Shown piece by piece: positions 48,965-62,100 of a stretch of 64,000 nucleotides of DNA. The first letter of the stretch is position 1; the number at the start of each line of letters is the position of its first letter. The position numbers and the translations under genes are program-made. Origin of the DNA: Anthoceros angustus (lineage: Eukaryota; Plantae; Anthocerotophyta); NCBI GenBank assembly GCA_010909165.1, contig MU008175.1, positions 496,001 through 560,000 of the forward strand. Reading direction: 5' to 3'. The notes under the pieces are model-generated. The model ran no database searches. It saw nothing but the letters and a program-made list of their open reading frames with translations, and had not been told where the DNA came from.

Positions 48965-51600
48965 CCTCAAAAACCCCAATTTCTCCTGCAGAAAGCTCAC
49001 CAAAATTCCCCCGGACTCTTACACCTTGCCACAGCAATTTAGGAGCCCTTCTGCACGGTTTCCTAGCAATCTTGCCACGCTCCACCCTCCTAGGCACCCT
49101 CACGAGCTTGGCAAGTGTTGGGTTGCCCCAACCTTCTTCTCCCTTCTCTTCTTCCTCTTTTCCTCCACCTTCCTCTCTTGGCGCTGGCGGATTTCGCCTC
49201 CTTCTTGAGCTTGCCCTCCTTCTCCTCCTCAACACGGTGGCGTGTATGCGGTGCTGTATGGGGCCTTGGGCAGCTTGAGGTGTGGCGGGCGCCTTCTGCT
49301 GTGAGGCCGTCTCTTCAAGTTTACGNCCAAGGGTTAGAAAAAGTAACTACCATTCTATCCTGCCCTTGGATGTGCCATGGCCCCTTTCTCACCATTGATG
49401 TTAGTTTCCTAATTTCCTTATACTAAAATACCAATTTCCCTATTTTTCTAATTTCTAATTCGAAAATTAGCCTCTAATTTCTTAATTACCTATTTTGGCC
49501 TATTTATCTAGTCCACTAAAAGACTCTATATATAGCAAGCCTATCCTGCCTAAAACATAAGCTACTTTCCTTAGAAACCTATCTCCTACCGTGGTAGGAC
49601 ATCCTCCTACCATGGTGGCGTTTTCCCTTTCTCCTACCACGGTGGAGTTCTCCTGACGGTGGGATACCTTCCTACCCTCTCCTACCATGGTAGGAGCTAT
49701 TCCTCTGGTAGGTGATCAAAACACTAGCGAGGTCATCCTCCTACGGTGGTAGGATCTCTCCTACCCTCGTCTACCATGGTAGGAGTTTCTCCTGGTGGTA
49801 GGACACCTCCTACCACTCATGTGGTTACCTTTTCTCCTCACCAGTGGGTCGTTTTGACCCGTTTCTTTTCCTGCATATCCTCTGCCTTCCGACATGGTCC
49901 TACAACTCCGCTCAAAAGGAGCAAAAATTTCCTTGCATGTCTTCACCAAACCATTTCTAGCAAAAGTGTGGGCTGTTCAAAGCAAACTCATTTAAGCTTG
50001 TTGCCCAAACTTTTGCGTTCCACATACTCCCCTCCTCACTGTTTGCGTCCTATGACAACAGCTCGGGTGAACTTAACCTTCCACCCATTCACTCTAGTTG
50101 GCGCAAATCCCCATCCGGCTGCGTGGTTGCGGATCCATTCTCATACTGCCCACCTCATAGGTCCCATCCATCTCAATCTAAGCTTCCACAGGAAGTCCAT
50201 ATAGCTATCATAGAAGAACCAAATCCCCGGCCATGATAGCTTCTTGTTTCCTCAACTTCCCATCATGCCTATCCTTTCTAAGCTCCTGAATTCGCTGAGT
50301 TTCTTCTAAAGCATCTTCCCTGCGCTCCTCATGCTCTATGAAAGACTCTAGTCTAGCTACCTGGCTATCTTCTACAGTCATGCGCTCATCCTCCATGATT
50401 CTATAGGTAGGTACTTCAAATTCCATTGGCATCACAGGAGACATGCCATATGTTAAGTAATAAGAGGTCTTCTTGGTTGTCACCTTCTCTGCTGTCCTGT
50501 AAGCCCATAACACTGAATGTAGCTTAGTGTCCCAATCATACATGTGAGTCCAATTACCTTGGTCAAGATTGTACACAACAGCCCATTCGTTTTCTCCACC
50601 ATTCGCTTTGGGATTGTAAGGAGTTGTCTTTCGATGCGAATGTTGAAGTAGGTGGTGAGAGTCTCGATCACGAGTTGAGGAAATGAGTTCCCTATCAGCG
50701 ACCAACTCAAAGGACATCCATACCTCGTTATAATGTTCTCAAAGAAACACTGCGGTCGTCGTCCTTGTTGCTTGACCTCCACCATCTTTGTGCAATAGTC
50801 GCCACCAAGATATATTGCTTCCTTGTCCATTGTGTGGGTGGCTTGATTGGACCTACAAAATCTATACCCCACTTCTCAAATGGTGCCAAGGTAGTATGGT
50901 GAGAGGCCACCGTGTTGACAAAGTGGGCCTTCCAACCCCTCGACACGCATCACACCTCCTAATAAATTCCCACACATCCCTCGCATTGTAGCCCACGAAG
51001 CTGCATCCAAGACCTTCTTCACTGTGATTTGAATAATGACCACCACCTCTTCGCATGTAAAGCTCATGACCAAAGCAGCTTCTCTAATTTCCGACATCAC
51101 GAATCTTCTCGTCTGGACCAAGCTTGTACAAGACCCCATCTCGTAGGCAATAAGGGGCTGTCTTGTGGAGAAAAAACAGCCCCTCCCTAGACAAACCATC
51201 GGGCATGATTCCATGCTCTAGAAAATTTCGTACCTCACCATTTGAGTATCTTGGGCATGAACGCCCCTCACGTTCTAATCTCCTCCTTCCACGCATACCT
51301 CGCCGCCTCGCCCCACCAGCAGACGGCGTTGTTCCATCCCAAATCCAGTTTCTCCCGCTTTGTCCATGCCGCAAGTTTTGAGCCTGCAGCCCTGCATGCT
51401 CCTCCTCCAACAATGCTCGATTTCTTCCATTCCTGCTGGTCTAGCCTATGTCCAGGTCAGCTCCCATGGCGACCTCACTGCTTGCACCCCATGGCCACCT
51501 CATGAGTGATTTCCCATGAATCGCATTTTCTCCCGCCGCTTTTGCCTGCTTCTCATGGGATGCATCTCCTTCCTCGCCCGCGCACCTACCTCCTAGGCCT
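48965..51600 (-). mobile_element. Inverted internal fragment of a Ty3/gypsy-like LTR retrotransposon (copy A)
   Basis: Reverse complement matches 51610-52696 and parts of ~59200-62000; contains the integrase remnant. Confidence 0.85.
50208..51270 (-). pseudogene. Frameshifted Ty3/gypsy integrase (HHCC zinc-binding region plus rve DDE core)
   Basis: YCLRDGVLYK, GGGHYS..CDACR, PFEKWGIDFVGPIKP, IITRYGCP/ELVADR, TTPYNPKANG, WDTKLHSVLWAYRTAEK and PVMPMEFEVP, spread over several frames. Confidence 0.9.
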
Positions 51601-51609
51601 TCAGAATGC

Positions 51610-54600
51610 AAAGTTTGGGCAACAAGCTTAAATGAGTTCGCTTTTGAAACAGCCCACACTCTTTTGCTAGAATGGTTTGGTGAAGACATGCAAGGAAATT
51701 TTTGCTCCTTTTGAGCGGAGTTGTAGGACCATGTCGGGAAGGCAGAGGATATGCAGGAAAAGAAACGGGTCAAAACGACCTGGTGAGGAGAAAAGGTAAC
51801 CTACATGAGTGGTAGGAGGTGTCCTACCACCGTAGGAGAAACTCCTACCATGGTAGGAGAGGGTAGGAGAGATCCTACCATGGTAGGAGAATGACCGCTA
51901 GTGTTTTGATCACCTACGGTAGGAATAGCTCCTACCATGGTAGGAGAGGGTAGGAAGGTATCCTACCATGGTAGGAGAAACTCCTACCGTGGTAGGAGAA
52001 GGAGGAGAAACTCCTACCATGGTAGGAGGTGTCCTACCACCGTAGGAGATAGGTTTCTAAGGAAGGTAGCTTATGTTTTAGGCAGGATAGGCTTGCTATA
52101 TATAGAGTCTTTTAGTGGACTAGATAAATAGGCCAAAATAGGTAATTAAGAAATTAGAGGCTAATTTTCAGAATTAGAAATTAGAAAAATAGGGAAATGG
52201 TATTTTAGTATAAGGAAATTAGGAAACTAACATCAATGGTGAGAAAAGGGCCACGTGGCACACATCCAAGGGCAGGATAGAATGGTAGTTACTTTTCTAA
52301 CCCTTGGGTGACTTATAAAAGTGGTCAGTGCCCGCAGGAGGCCACAACTAAACTTGAAGAGACTCCACACAGAAGGCGCCGCCACACCTCAAGCTGCCCA
52401 AGGCCCCCATACCGCCGCCACGCCTGCGTGTTGAGGAGGAGAAGGAGGAGAGCAAGGGCAAGGAGGCGAAATCGCCGCCCAAGAGAGGAAGAAGGAGGAG
52501 AAGGAGAAGAAGAGAAGGAGAAGAAGGTTGGGGCGAACCCAACACTTGCCAAGCTCGTGAGGGTGCCTAGGAGGGTGGAGCGTGGCAAGATTGCTAGGAA
52601 ACCGTGCAGGAAGGGCTCCTAAATTGCTGGCAAGGTGTAAGAGTCCGGGGGAATTTTGGTGAGCTTTCTCTTGCAGGAGAAATCGGGGTTTTGAGGTGTA
52701 AGGACTGCAGGAGGAGAGCAAGGGCAAGGACCTTTGAGCTGTGAGCAAGAGCAAATCACGAGGAGGAGAAACGTTTGCAAGGATAAGAAGTCGGTGAGCC
52801 GCAGGAATTGCAGGAGAGGCATCACTTTTCTTCAATTTCGCAAGTACTAACCAAGGAGGCCATGACCAAGCCTACCATGACCAAGGGCAAGGAGGTAGTA
52901 GCTAAGGAAGGAGCGTCCACCAAGGGAGGTGGCGCAGGAGGCCATGACCAAGGGCAAGGACCTACCAAGCAAGGGAGGTGGAAATTTGACATGCCCTTAT
53001 TTACGTGCTATGCTGCCAGCTATCCTCTAGAGACCTTTCGACTTTCGACCTTGGGCAGAGGAGAATATTCAGGAGTGGTGTATGGGCGACATTGGTCTTA
53101 CACCAACCTTGAATTGATAGAGGAGTGTTTTGCTAATTTGCAGCAGAGAAGAGGAATTGGCCGCCTTACCGGATAGAAACGCACGGACGGATCCACGGTG
53201 TTGGACGTAAGGAGCATACGCTGTATATGGCAGCCGGATAGCGAGGATAGCGGAATCACGTTGATGGAAGGAACGAGGAGGCAAGCGCATCAACGGCGGA
53301 TCTTCCCAAGGGAGCCCTTACACTTATGCAAGGGGCATGAAGGCTAAGTCCAAGAATGGTTGACGGACCAAATCTTGGAGCCCAAGTGGAGATTGTTCAC
53401 AAGAATTGTTTTGGGCTTGGTGAGCAATCCAAGGGTGTCATATTTCAGCACTACCTTCCTCCATTTTCTATGGAAGATCACTCAAGGAGCGAAGCCGGAT
53501 TGGGGCTCATCATGTATGAAGCATACACCTACCACGGAGAAGTTGTCAAACCCAACGCTGGATGAAGACCCACATGCTATCTTAGCACTTATCTAGTGCA
53601 TTTGTGGGAAGTAGAGGGCTACTCACAAGTAAGGAGTTGGATGATTCCAAGCATCCCTTTAACATTGTGTACTTACAGTGGAGAGGGACAGGAGTGCTTG
53701 GTGCTTTGGCTAAAGGAGGTGCCGGCAGACCACCGGACATTATTGCCGGAAGGAATCCTCAAGATAGGCCGAGGATGTGCAGGAGGACTTGCAAGGAGAA
53801 GTTGTAGGGGATTTGAAGTTTGGACCGCATGGAGGATGCGGAGATGGAAGGTAGGATAGATCCTACCATGGTGAATCCCGCCCGCGAGGGTGGGAGGTGT
53901 TCCAAGGGTTTGGGACCCCTTCCCCTCCTCATGACAAGGCCTACAGAATTAGTCCTACCACGGTAGGAGGAGTTCCTACCGTGGTAGGAGAAACTCCTAC
54001 CACGGTAGGAGGAAAGGAAGTCACGGTTTGGAAGCTCCCAAGAGGAGATAAGAAGGCAACCGGCCCCTGCTAGGTGGGCGAGCGGATGGAGTCACGGTGG
54101 GAGGAGTTGCCCACCAAGTGATGAGCGGGAGCTCATCATAGGGAAGCAAGGGATGTAAGATCCCATGAGCAAGGCAAAGGCCTTGAGTCTCCCGGAGGTA
54201 AGAAAGGAGACTTAGACATGTTGGAGGAGATGCTGCGATAGGGGAGATGTTCAGAAGGTATGTAGGAGCCGCCAAGAGGAGAGTTGAATTCTTGAAGACG
54301 GAGGCGGAGAAGACAAGGACCTACCAAGCAAGGGAAATTGTGGTAGGAGAAACTCCTACCACGGTAGGAGGATGTTATGAGGATGGAAGCTCAAGTGGAG
54401 CACTTGGAAAGAGTCTTGAAACAAGGCCAGGAGGCAAACAATCATATTCGGAGAACAAGGCTCTTACCAAGCAATTGGCAGCTCGAGAGGAGAAGGTGGA
54501 GCAACTTGCTCACATGGTGCGCATGGAAAAGAAGGAAGACAAGCAAGTGCTGCTAATGGAGGAAAGGTCAAGACGAGAGCACCGCAAATGAAATGAGGAC

Positions 54601-55750
54601 AAAGACAAAGGCAAGTAGGCGCATGAGCGGTCATAGCCACACAGTGTGAAGATTAGTGACATGGAAAAGGAGCTGGGAGAAACTCCTACCACGGTAGGAG
54701 GATAGGGGAGTTGGAGGAAGAAGAGCTGGAAGAACGGACACATTTTGTCCAAAGATTGGAAATGGAACGAGAAGTCCAAAGAACGGAGAATGCACAACTC
54801 CCTAGGAGGATAGGGGAGTTGGAGGAAGAAATGGCAAGGAGAAAGGCCATGGTAGGAGGTGCAGCAAGATATGTTGGCGGTGAGGGAGCGTAGATTTCGG
54901 GCTGATTATGCCCTACAAGAGAGATTGATCCGCCAACCGCAATGAGAGGACGGAGAATGTGGCTCTCCATGTCAAGACCGGTGAGCTGGCCTTGAGCGAG
55001 ATGCTTACAAAAGCAAGTGTGAGCATGGAGTATGGCTTGAGGATTACGAAGAATTGGAGATGGCACAACAACGATTTGCAGCCCATCTTCACAACAAGGT
55101 GCTCAAGGCCACTAACGAGTTGTTGCGACTTGCCGAGAGGAGGATGTTGGGACCTCATGACGATGATAGGGAGGCCCTCATGCAAGTCCAACCGGAAGCC
55201 TTAGACTTGGAGAGTGTCCCAAGCAACAGGGTGGAGAAACTTCGCACTGTGGAGAAGCAAAGGGGAAGCGCATGTGGAGAGAATCACCCCTGTGAAGGGG
55301 TAAGGAAGAAGAAACGACCTGTAGGAACTCCTACTGGTAGGAGGAGTTCCTACCGTGGTAGGAGGGACTCCTACCGTGGTAGGAGGAGTTCCTACCGTGG
55401 TAGGAGGGCCGAAGCAGCGATTCAAAGGTCGCTAGCATGGATTTGACGGCAAGGGAGGCGAGTACCTTGGCCCTTGGAAGAAGGAAGAGGGGTTGATCTT
55501 GTGAATGGAGCAAGAATCACAAGGAGAAGACCAACCTCCTAACATGGGTGCAGGAGAAGGAGCTCACTTGCTCCACAAGTGAGAGGAAGAGGAGAAGTCG
55601 AGGATGAGCCAAGGCTAAGAGAGCCCGGCTATTTTATTGGAGGAAGGAACTCAAGATAGGCATCAAGATAAGGAAGGGATTCATAAGAAGTCCTTAAATT
55701 AGCTTGAAGACATGGGGCAAGATGCCACTTGGGAAGACTTTTCTTTAGAG
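51610..55750 (+). mobile_element. 3' internal part of the same retroelement (copy B), carrying the extra ORF
   Basis: Direct repeat of ~60820-64000; the start is an inverted repeat of 48965-50012. Confidence 0.8.
52862..55446 (+). pseudogene. Fragmented extra ORF downstream of integrase (globular N-domain plus long coiled coil)
   Basis: Fragments WKFDMPLF..WSYTNLELIEECFANL, SKNGW..ILEPKWRLFTRIVLGLV..PDWG..YLSTYLVHLWEVEG, then E/K/R-rich helical segments (ALTKQLAAREEKVEQLAHMVRMEKKE). Repeated at ~62194-64000. Confidence 0.6.
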
Positions 55751-55784
55751 GAGGATGCATTAATGCTTGTCACCAAAGAGAGTG

Positions 55785-56877
55785 TGTTGACTAGCTAGAT
55801 AGGAATGTTGACAGAGCCATTAAGGCTCACATAGGTGAATTTGCTAGAATAGAATTTTACCCAAGATGCTTGGATGTCGAACTTAAAGTCCAACAGGATA
55901 CACTAAAATAAGGAGTAGGGACGAATCCCAACTGCAAGTAAGAGGGCGTTGTTGATTGAGAGAGTTGTGAGGACCTCCCTATAAAAGGAGGGAGCTTGTG
56001 AAGTAAAATTATCGTGTCTTGCGCCCATCCTCCCGAGTCCTTCACTTTGTGCTGAATTTCGGCCGCAAGCCAACGCAGGTCCGGTAGAGAGGAGAACGCG
56101 GTCGGAGTGCCGGGTGGAGGGCTTGCTCTTTGCAGCGCCCGCTAGCTCCCTTGTGAATGGTTGTCAGTGAATTGTTTTGCTTTGAGTGTGTGGCGATGCT
56201 CAAGGAACTCGGCTTGAGGGTAGACGCAGGGAAAGACTCGGAGGTTCTCGTCTGCAAACCACATAGCAACCGCCCAAGGAAGAACTCGTTAATTTCCTGA
56301 CGGACCCCTGTGCGCCAGCCGTAAGGCGAGTTGGAATTAATGAGCCAGCAATTGGTGTTAGAGTAGGAGATTGTGGAGGAAGGAAGGGTAGATGAGTAGA
56401 GAAGAAGAGGGCGTTGTTGATTGAGAGAGTTGTGAGGAGGATTAGAGTGTAGGAAAACTAAGGCCACAGTGTGAGCCTAAGGGACGAATCCCAACTGCAA
56501 GTAAGAGGGCGCCCCGTGTGGAGAAGAGTGTCTTAGGAGTAGGGACGGTTGCGGTGTGGGTCGGGGTCCCTGGCGCCCGTGATAGACACCTTGTTAAGAC
56601 GAACTCGCAATTGTGTGGTGTCGTTGTAGGTTGAGGTTTGGTGAGTTTACGGGCAAGAGCAAGAATGGCGCATGGCGGTTGGCTGATTTTTCTTTAGAGG
56701 AGGAGGAAGAGGCGCCTTGCTTGTTTAGAAGGCTGAGGTAGTGTGTAGCAGTAGTGACGGATTTCAAGATTCGACTGCCCCCAAGTCTCATGGGACGAAA
56801 CCCAACGACGAAACGACAAGTGATAAGTGTGGCCGCTAGAGGGGAATCTCGGGAGTGCCCCGGGTTTTCCTCCCACA
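55785..56877 (+). mobile_element. Putative LTR lying between copies B and C
   Basis: TGTTGAC start after a purine-rich tract, CCTATAAAAGGAGGG TATA at ~55978, and CCCACA end followed by TTTT-TGGCGC. Boundaries approximate. Confidence 0.5.
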
Positions 56878-56881
56878 TTTT

Positions 56882-56896
56882 TGGCGCTGTCGGGAC
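56882..56896 (+). promoter_or_regulatory. Putative tRNA primer-binding site TGGCGCTGTCGGGAC
   Basis: TGGCGC follows the CA end by 4 nt and resembles non-chromoviral gypsy PBSs. Confidence 0.4.
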
Positions 56897-57214
56897 TTGT
56901 GCTGAACATGAAATTTTGAGATTTTCGTTAGCTTGATGAGCTGAGAGATCTTGTAAGGAGGTGGAGCGGGGTCTAGGAAGAAGCCTACACGTCCTGGAAC
57001 CTGTGCGTTGTGAAGGAGGAGCTCCACGCCTCGAATGGTGTGATTTTGTGTTCGCAGCAAGAATGGCGCATGGCGGTTGGCTGATTTTCTTTAACAACCG
57101 TGTTTTGGAGGCTATGAGGATGCTTGCAGATGTCTAGAGGGAGGAGGAAGAGGAGGAGAAAACCATAGGAGGTCACCCCCACATCGCAAGAGATCTAAGA
57201 GCAAGAAGAAATCA

Positions 57215-57818
57215 ATGGAGGAGGAAGGAGGAGGAAGAGGAGGAAGAGGAGGAGGAGGAGGAAGAGCTAAGGGCGCTTGAGGAGGAGGCCGTTTTGCCCT
57301 TGCCTACAAGGGGAGCCAAGTGATCCAGCAGAACGCTCGAGAAGGGGACAAAATCACCGAGGAGGAGGAAGAGGAGGAGGAAGAGGAGGAGGAAGAGGAG
57401 GAGGAAGAGGAGGAGGAAGCACCGCCGAGCACGATTCAAGTTCAGCTACCAGCACCGGGCCTTCTCAACGCTGGACCTTGAGTGGTGGATCTAGCTCAAC
57501 TTCCAAAGAAAAGTGAAGAAGGTGGGGTGAGCGGGAATTTCATGGTCTCAAGATCTTATGGAGCCTTGATAGAATCACGCTCAGCTCACGCCTTGGGACG
57601 CACACCTAGGGAGACACCATCCCACAACTCAATCAGTGACACCCTTTCGCAGAGAACTTTGGTTGGAGAATTTACTGCAGGAGAGGAAGGGAGTGTGAGT
57701 TCGCCTAGCTCATCCGGACCAAGCAACATGAGTGGAGGAAGAGGAGGAGGAGGAAGAGGAGGAGGAAGAGGAGGAAGAGGAGGAGGAAGAGGAGGAGGAA
57801 GAGGAGGAGGAAGAGGAG

Positions 57819-57859
<41 letters not shown>

Positions 57860-57950
57860 GGAAGAGGAGGAGGAAGAGGAGGAGGAAGAAGAGGTAGTTG
57901 TCTAAGAGCAAGAGGAGGAAGAGGAGGAAGAGGAGGAGGAAGAGGAGGAA
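57215..57950. repeat. (GGAGGAAGAGGA)n purine tracts at 57215-57420 and 57735-57950
   Basis: Read directly. Confidence 0.9.
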
Positions 57951-59179
57951 GCTACATGTGCTAACATCTTCAAGGGTTCCGTTGAGGAAGAAGAGGTAGT
58001 TGTCTAAGAGCAAGAGGAGGTTGTGCTCACGGACAGCGAGAGGAAGGAGGTTGTTGCCGAGGAGTTGCCGATCAAGGGTGAGGGTCAAGAACTGAGCCGT
58101 TAATAATTTCAAGGTACATCTTCCGCTCTTGCAAGAGGAGGATTTTTGGCGTGGATTGTTGAGCTCTTCTAGCTCGAGTTGGTCGTCAAGAGGAGGAAGG
58201 CAAGAGGGTGAGATTTGGCAAGGAGAAGTTGGGGTACGAGATCTAATGGCGAGCTTTGCAAGGTCTTGATCAATTACGCCCATCTTGCTGCCCTTTCAAC
58301 CTTGCTTGTTAAGAGGAGGAGGCGCTTGTGCCCAAGTATAGTACATCCCGCTTGCAGCATTTGTTTACCGAGGTGTGGAATTCTGGGAGGTGTGCCGCTT
58401 GTGGACGCCTCAACCATGAGTGGAGGAAGTGGAGGTGGTGGAAGTCCGCCAGCGCCCAAGAGAGGAAGGAAGAGGAGGAAATTGAGGAAGAAGAAGAAGA
58501 AGAAGAAGAAGAAGGAGGAGATGCTGAGGCTTTTGTGCAAACTTTTGAACATGTGACTCATGCGAATTTGGAAGCCTCTCGTGGATTGTCTCCAAATTTT
58601 CCTAGAGTACTTGAGGTCATGCCCAGCAGTGTATAGTCACACGTATGGAGCTGCATCACCATTGGATTGGGATGATTTGAGAGCGTATCTTTGAACCGGT
58701 TTTGTGGCTTAAGCTATGCACATCACACGTTGGTCCGGTTGAGGACTCAAGGAAGAGGAGGGAGTCTTTGTATGATTACATAGAGGAGAGAGTACCACCA
58801 CGGCCACCAAGGATGTAGCCTTCTCGAAAAGCAAGGCCTATGGTATGACCTTTCTTGATAAAAGTTGGGAAACAAGGTAGGAAGGAGTTAGAGGAACACA
58901 TGTAGATCCATCCATAGAAAAATTAGAGCTAGAATGTGGTAAGGTGGTGAAGATTTCTAAGTGTAGAGGAGATGGTAGAGTTTAAGAAGGAAGAAGAGCA
59001 TGAGAATGCAGTTTCATTTTTCGACAAAACCGGAGAGCGACTTGAGGCCACAGATGACCGATTTCGACGAGGAGTTGGTTGCCACGGCCTGGGTGAAGGG
59101 GAGGACGTGAGCATGTTGTAGACCTAAGGATTGATCAGCAAGCCTTGCTGCCAGCAGAGGTCAAATGAGCAAGAAGGAG

Positions 59180-62100
59180 GAGAAACTCCTACCATGGTAG
59201 GAGAAAAGGCGCAGCAGGACAACTGGAACCGAGAGGATAAAAGGGCGCCAGTATGGGCGCGAGGAGGAGGCTGGAATGCTCCTCAAGGGTGAGCAGTCAG
59301 GAGGGCTGCAAGTGGAGGCCAGCCGTTGGCAAAAGAAGAAGGAAGAGGAGGAGAAACTCCTACCATGGTAGGAGAGATCCTACCACCGAGGAGAAAAGGT
59401 AACCTACATGAGTGGTAGGAGGTGTCCTACCATGGTAGGAGAGATCCTACCACCGAGGAGAAAAGGTAACCTACATGAGTGGTAGGAGAGATCCTACCAC
59501 CGAGGAGGAGGAGGAGATGCATCCCATGAGAAGCTTGAGCAAAGGAGGAGAAAAGGTAACCTACATGAGTGGTAGGAGAAACTCCTACCATGGTAGGAGG
59601 TGTCCTACCACCGAGGAGAAAAGGTAACCTACATGAGTGGTAGGAGGTGTCCTACCATGGTAGGAGAGATCCTACCATGGTAGGAGGTGTCCTACCACCG
59701 AGGAGGAGAAAAGGTAACCTACATGAGTGGTAGGAGGTGTCCTACCACGGTAGGAGGTGTCCTACCACCGAGGAGAAACTCCTACCATGGTAGGAGAAAC
59801 TCCTACCACCGAGGAGAAAAGGTAACCTACATGAGTGGTAGGAGAAACTCCTACCATGGTAGGAGGTGTCCTACCATGGTAGGAGAAACTCCTACCATGG
59901 TAGGAGGAAGAGGAGGAGAACGTGAAGGACTCCCATGTCCATGTTATTGAATGGTGAGGTATGAAATTTCTTGGAGCACGGAATCATGTTGGATAGTTTG
60001 TCTAGGGAAGGGCGTGCCTTTTCTCCCTAGAGCTGTGCCTTATTGTCTAAGAGATGGGGTCTTATACAAGCTTGGTTTGGATGAGAAGATCCGACGTTGT
60101 TTGGAAGGGAAGGAGGAGAAACTCCTACCATGGTAGGAGAAACTCCTACCATGGTAGGAGGGTGGAGAAACTCCTACCATGGTAGGAGAAACTCCTACCA
60201 CGGTAGGAGAAACTCCTACCATGACCAAGGGCAAGGAGGAGAAGGAGGAGAAGGAGGAGAAACTCCTACCATGGTAGGAGAAACTCCTACCATGACCAAG
60301 GGCAAGGAGGAGAAACTCCTACCATGGTAGGAGAAACTCCTACCATGGTAGGAGAAACTCCTACCATGGTAGGAGGATGTCCTACCATGACCAAGGGCAG
60401 GATAGGCTTGCTATATATAGAGTCTTTCATAGAGCAGAGGAGAAGGAGGAGAAACTCCTACCGTGGTAGGAGAAACTCCTACCGTGGTAGGAGAAGGAGG
60501 AAGAGGAAGAGGAAGAGGAAGAAGGAGGAGAAACTCCTACCATGGTAGGAGGATGTCCTACCATGGTAGGAGAAACTCCTACCGTGGTAGGAGAAACTCC
60601 TACCGTGGTAGGAGAAACTCCTACCGTGGTAGGAGAAGGAGGAGAAACTCCTACCGTGGTAGGAGGTGTCCTACCATGGTAGGAGAAGGAGGAGAAACTC
60701 CTACCATGGTAGGAGGATGTCCTACCAGAGTGAATGGGTGGAAGGTTAAGAAGTACCTTCACCCGAGATCTGTTTGCGAGGACGCAAACAGTGAGGAGGG
60801 AGTATGTGGAACGCAAAAGTTTGGGCAACAAGCTTAAATGAGTTCTTTGGAACAGCCCACACTCTTTTGCTAGAAATGGTTTGGTGAAGACATGCAAGGA
60901 AATTTTTGCTCCTTTTGAGCGGGAGTTGTAGGACCATGTCGGGAAGGCAGAGGATATGGTGGAAAAGAAACGGGTCAAAACGACCGGTGAGGAGAAAAGG
61001 TAACCTACATGAGTGGTAGGAGGTGTCCTACCACGGTAGGAGAAACTCCTACCATGGTAGGAGAAACTCCTACCATGGTAGGAGAAACTCCTACCACGGT
61101 AGGAGAAACTCCTACCGTGGTAGGAGAAACTCCTACCATGGTAGGAGAAACTCCTACCATGGTAGGAGAAACTCCTACCGTGGTAGGAGGTGTCCTACCA
61201 CGGTAGGAGAAACTCCTACCGTGGTAGGAGAAGGAGGAGAAACTCCTACCATGGTAGGAGGATGTCCTACCATGACCAAGGGCAAGGAGGAGATGGGTTT
61301 CTAAGGAAGTAGCTTATGTTTTAGGTGGATAGGCTTGCTATATATAGAGTCTTTTAGTGGACTAGATAAATAGGCCAAAATAGGTAATTAAGAAATTAGA
61401 GGCTAATTTTCAATTAGAAATTAGAAAATAGGGAAATTGGTATTTTAGTATAAGGAAATTAGGAAACTAACATCAATGGTGAGAAAGGGGCCACGTGGCA
61501 CACATCCAAGGGCAGGATAGAATGGTAGTTACTTTTCTAACCCTTGGGTGACTTATAAAAGTGGTGCAGTGCCCGCAGGAGGAGAAACTCCTACCACCGT
61601 AGGAGAAACTCCTACCATGGTAGGAGAAACTCCTACCACCGTAGGAGAAACTCCTACCACCGTAGGAGAAACTCCTACCATGGTAGGAGAAACTCCTACC
61701 ATGGTAGGAGAAACTCCTACCGTGGTAGGAGAAGGAGGAGAAGGAGGAGGAAGAGGAAGAAGGAGGAGGAGAAACTCCTACCACCGTAGGAGAAGGAGGA
61801 AGAAGGAGGAAAAGAGGAAGAAGGAGGAGAAGGAGAAGAAGGTTGGGGCGCAACCCAACACTTGCCAAGCTCGTGAGGGTGCCTAGGAGGGTGGAGCGTG
61901 GCAAGATTGCTAGGAAACCGTGCAGGAAGGGCTCCTAAATTGCTGTGGTGTAAGAGTCCGGGGAATTTTGGTGAGCAATCCAAGGGCAAGGACCTTTGAG
62001 CTGTGAGCAAGAATTGTTTTGGGCTTGGTGAGGAGAGCAAGGGCAAGGACCTTTGAGCTGTGAGCAAGAGCAAATCACCGAGGAGGAGAAACTCCTACCA

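Noticed and set aside
57482-58283. RGG-rich or Leu/Phe-rich proteins
   Set aside because: Translations of the (GGAGGAAGAGGA)n tract.
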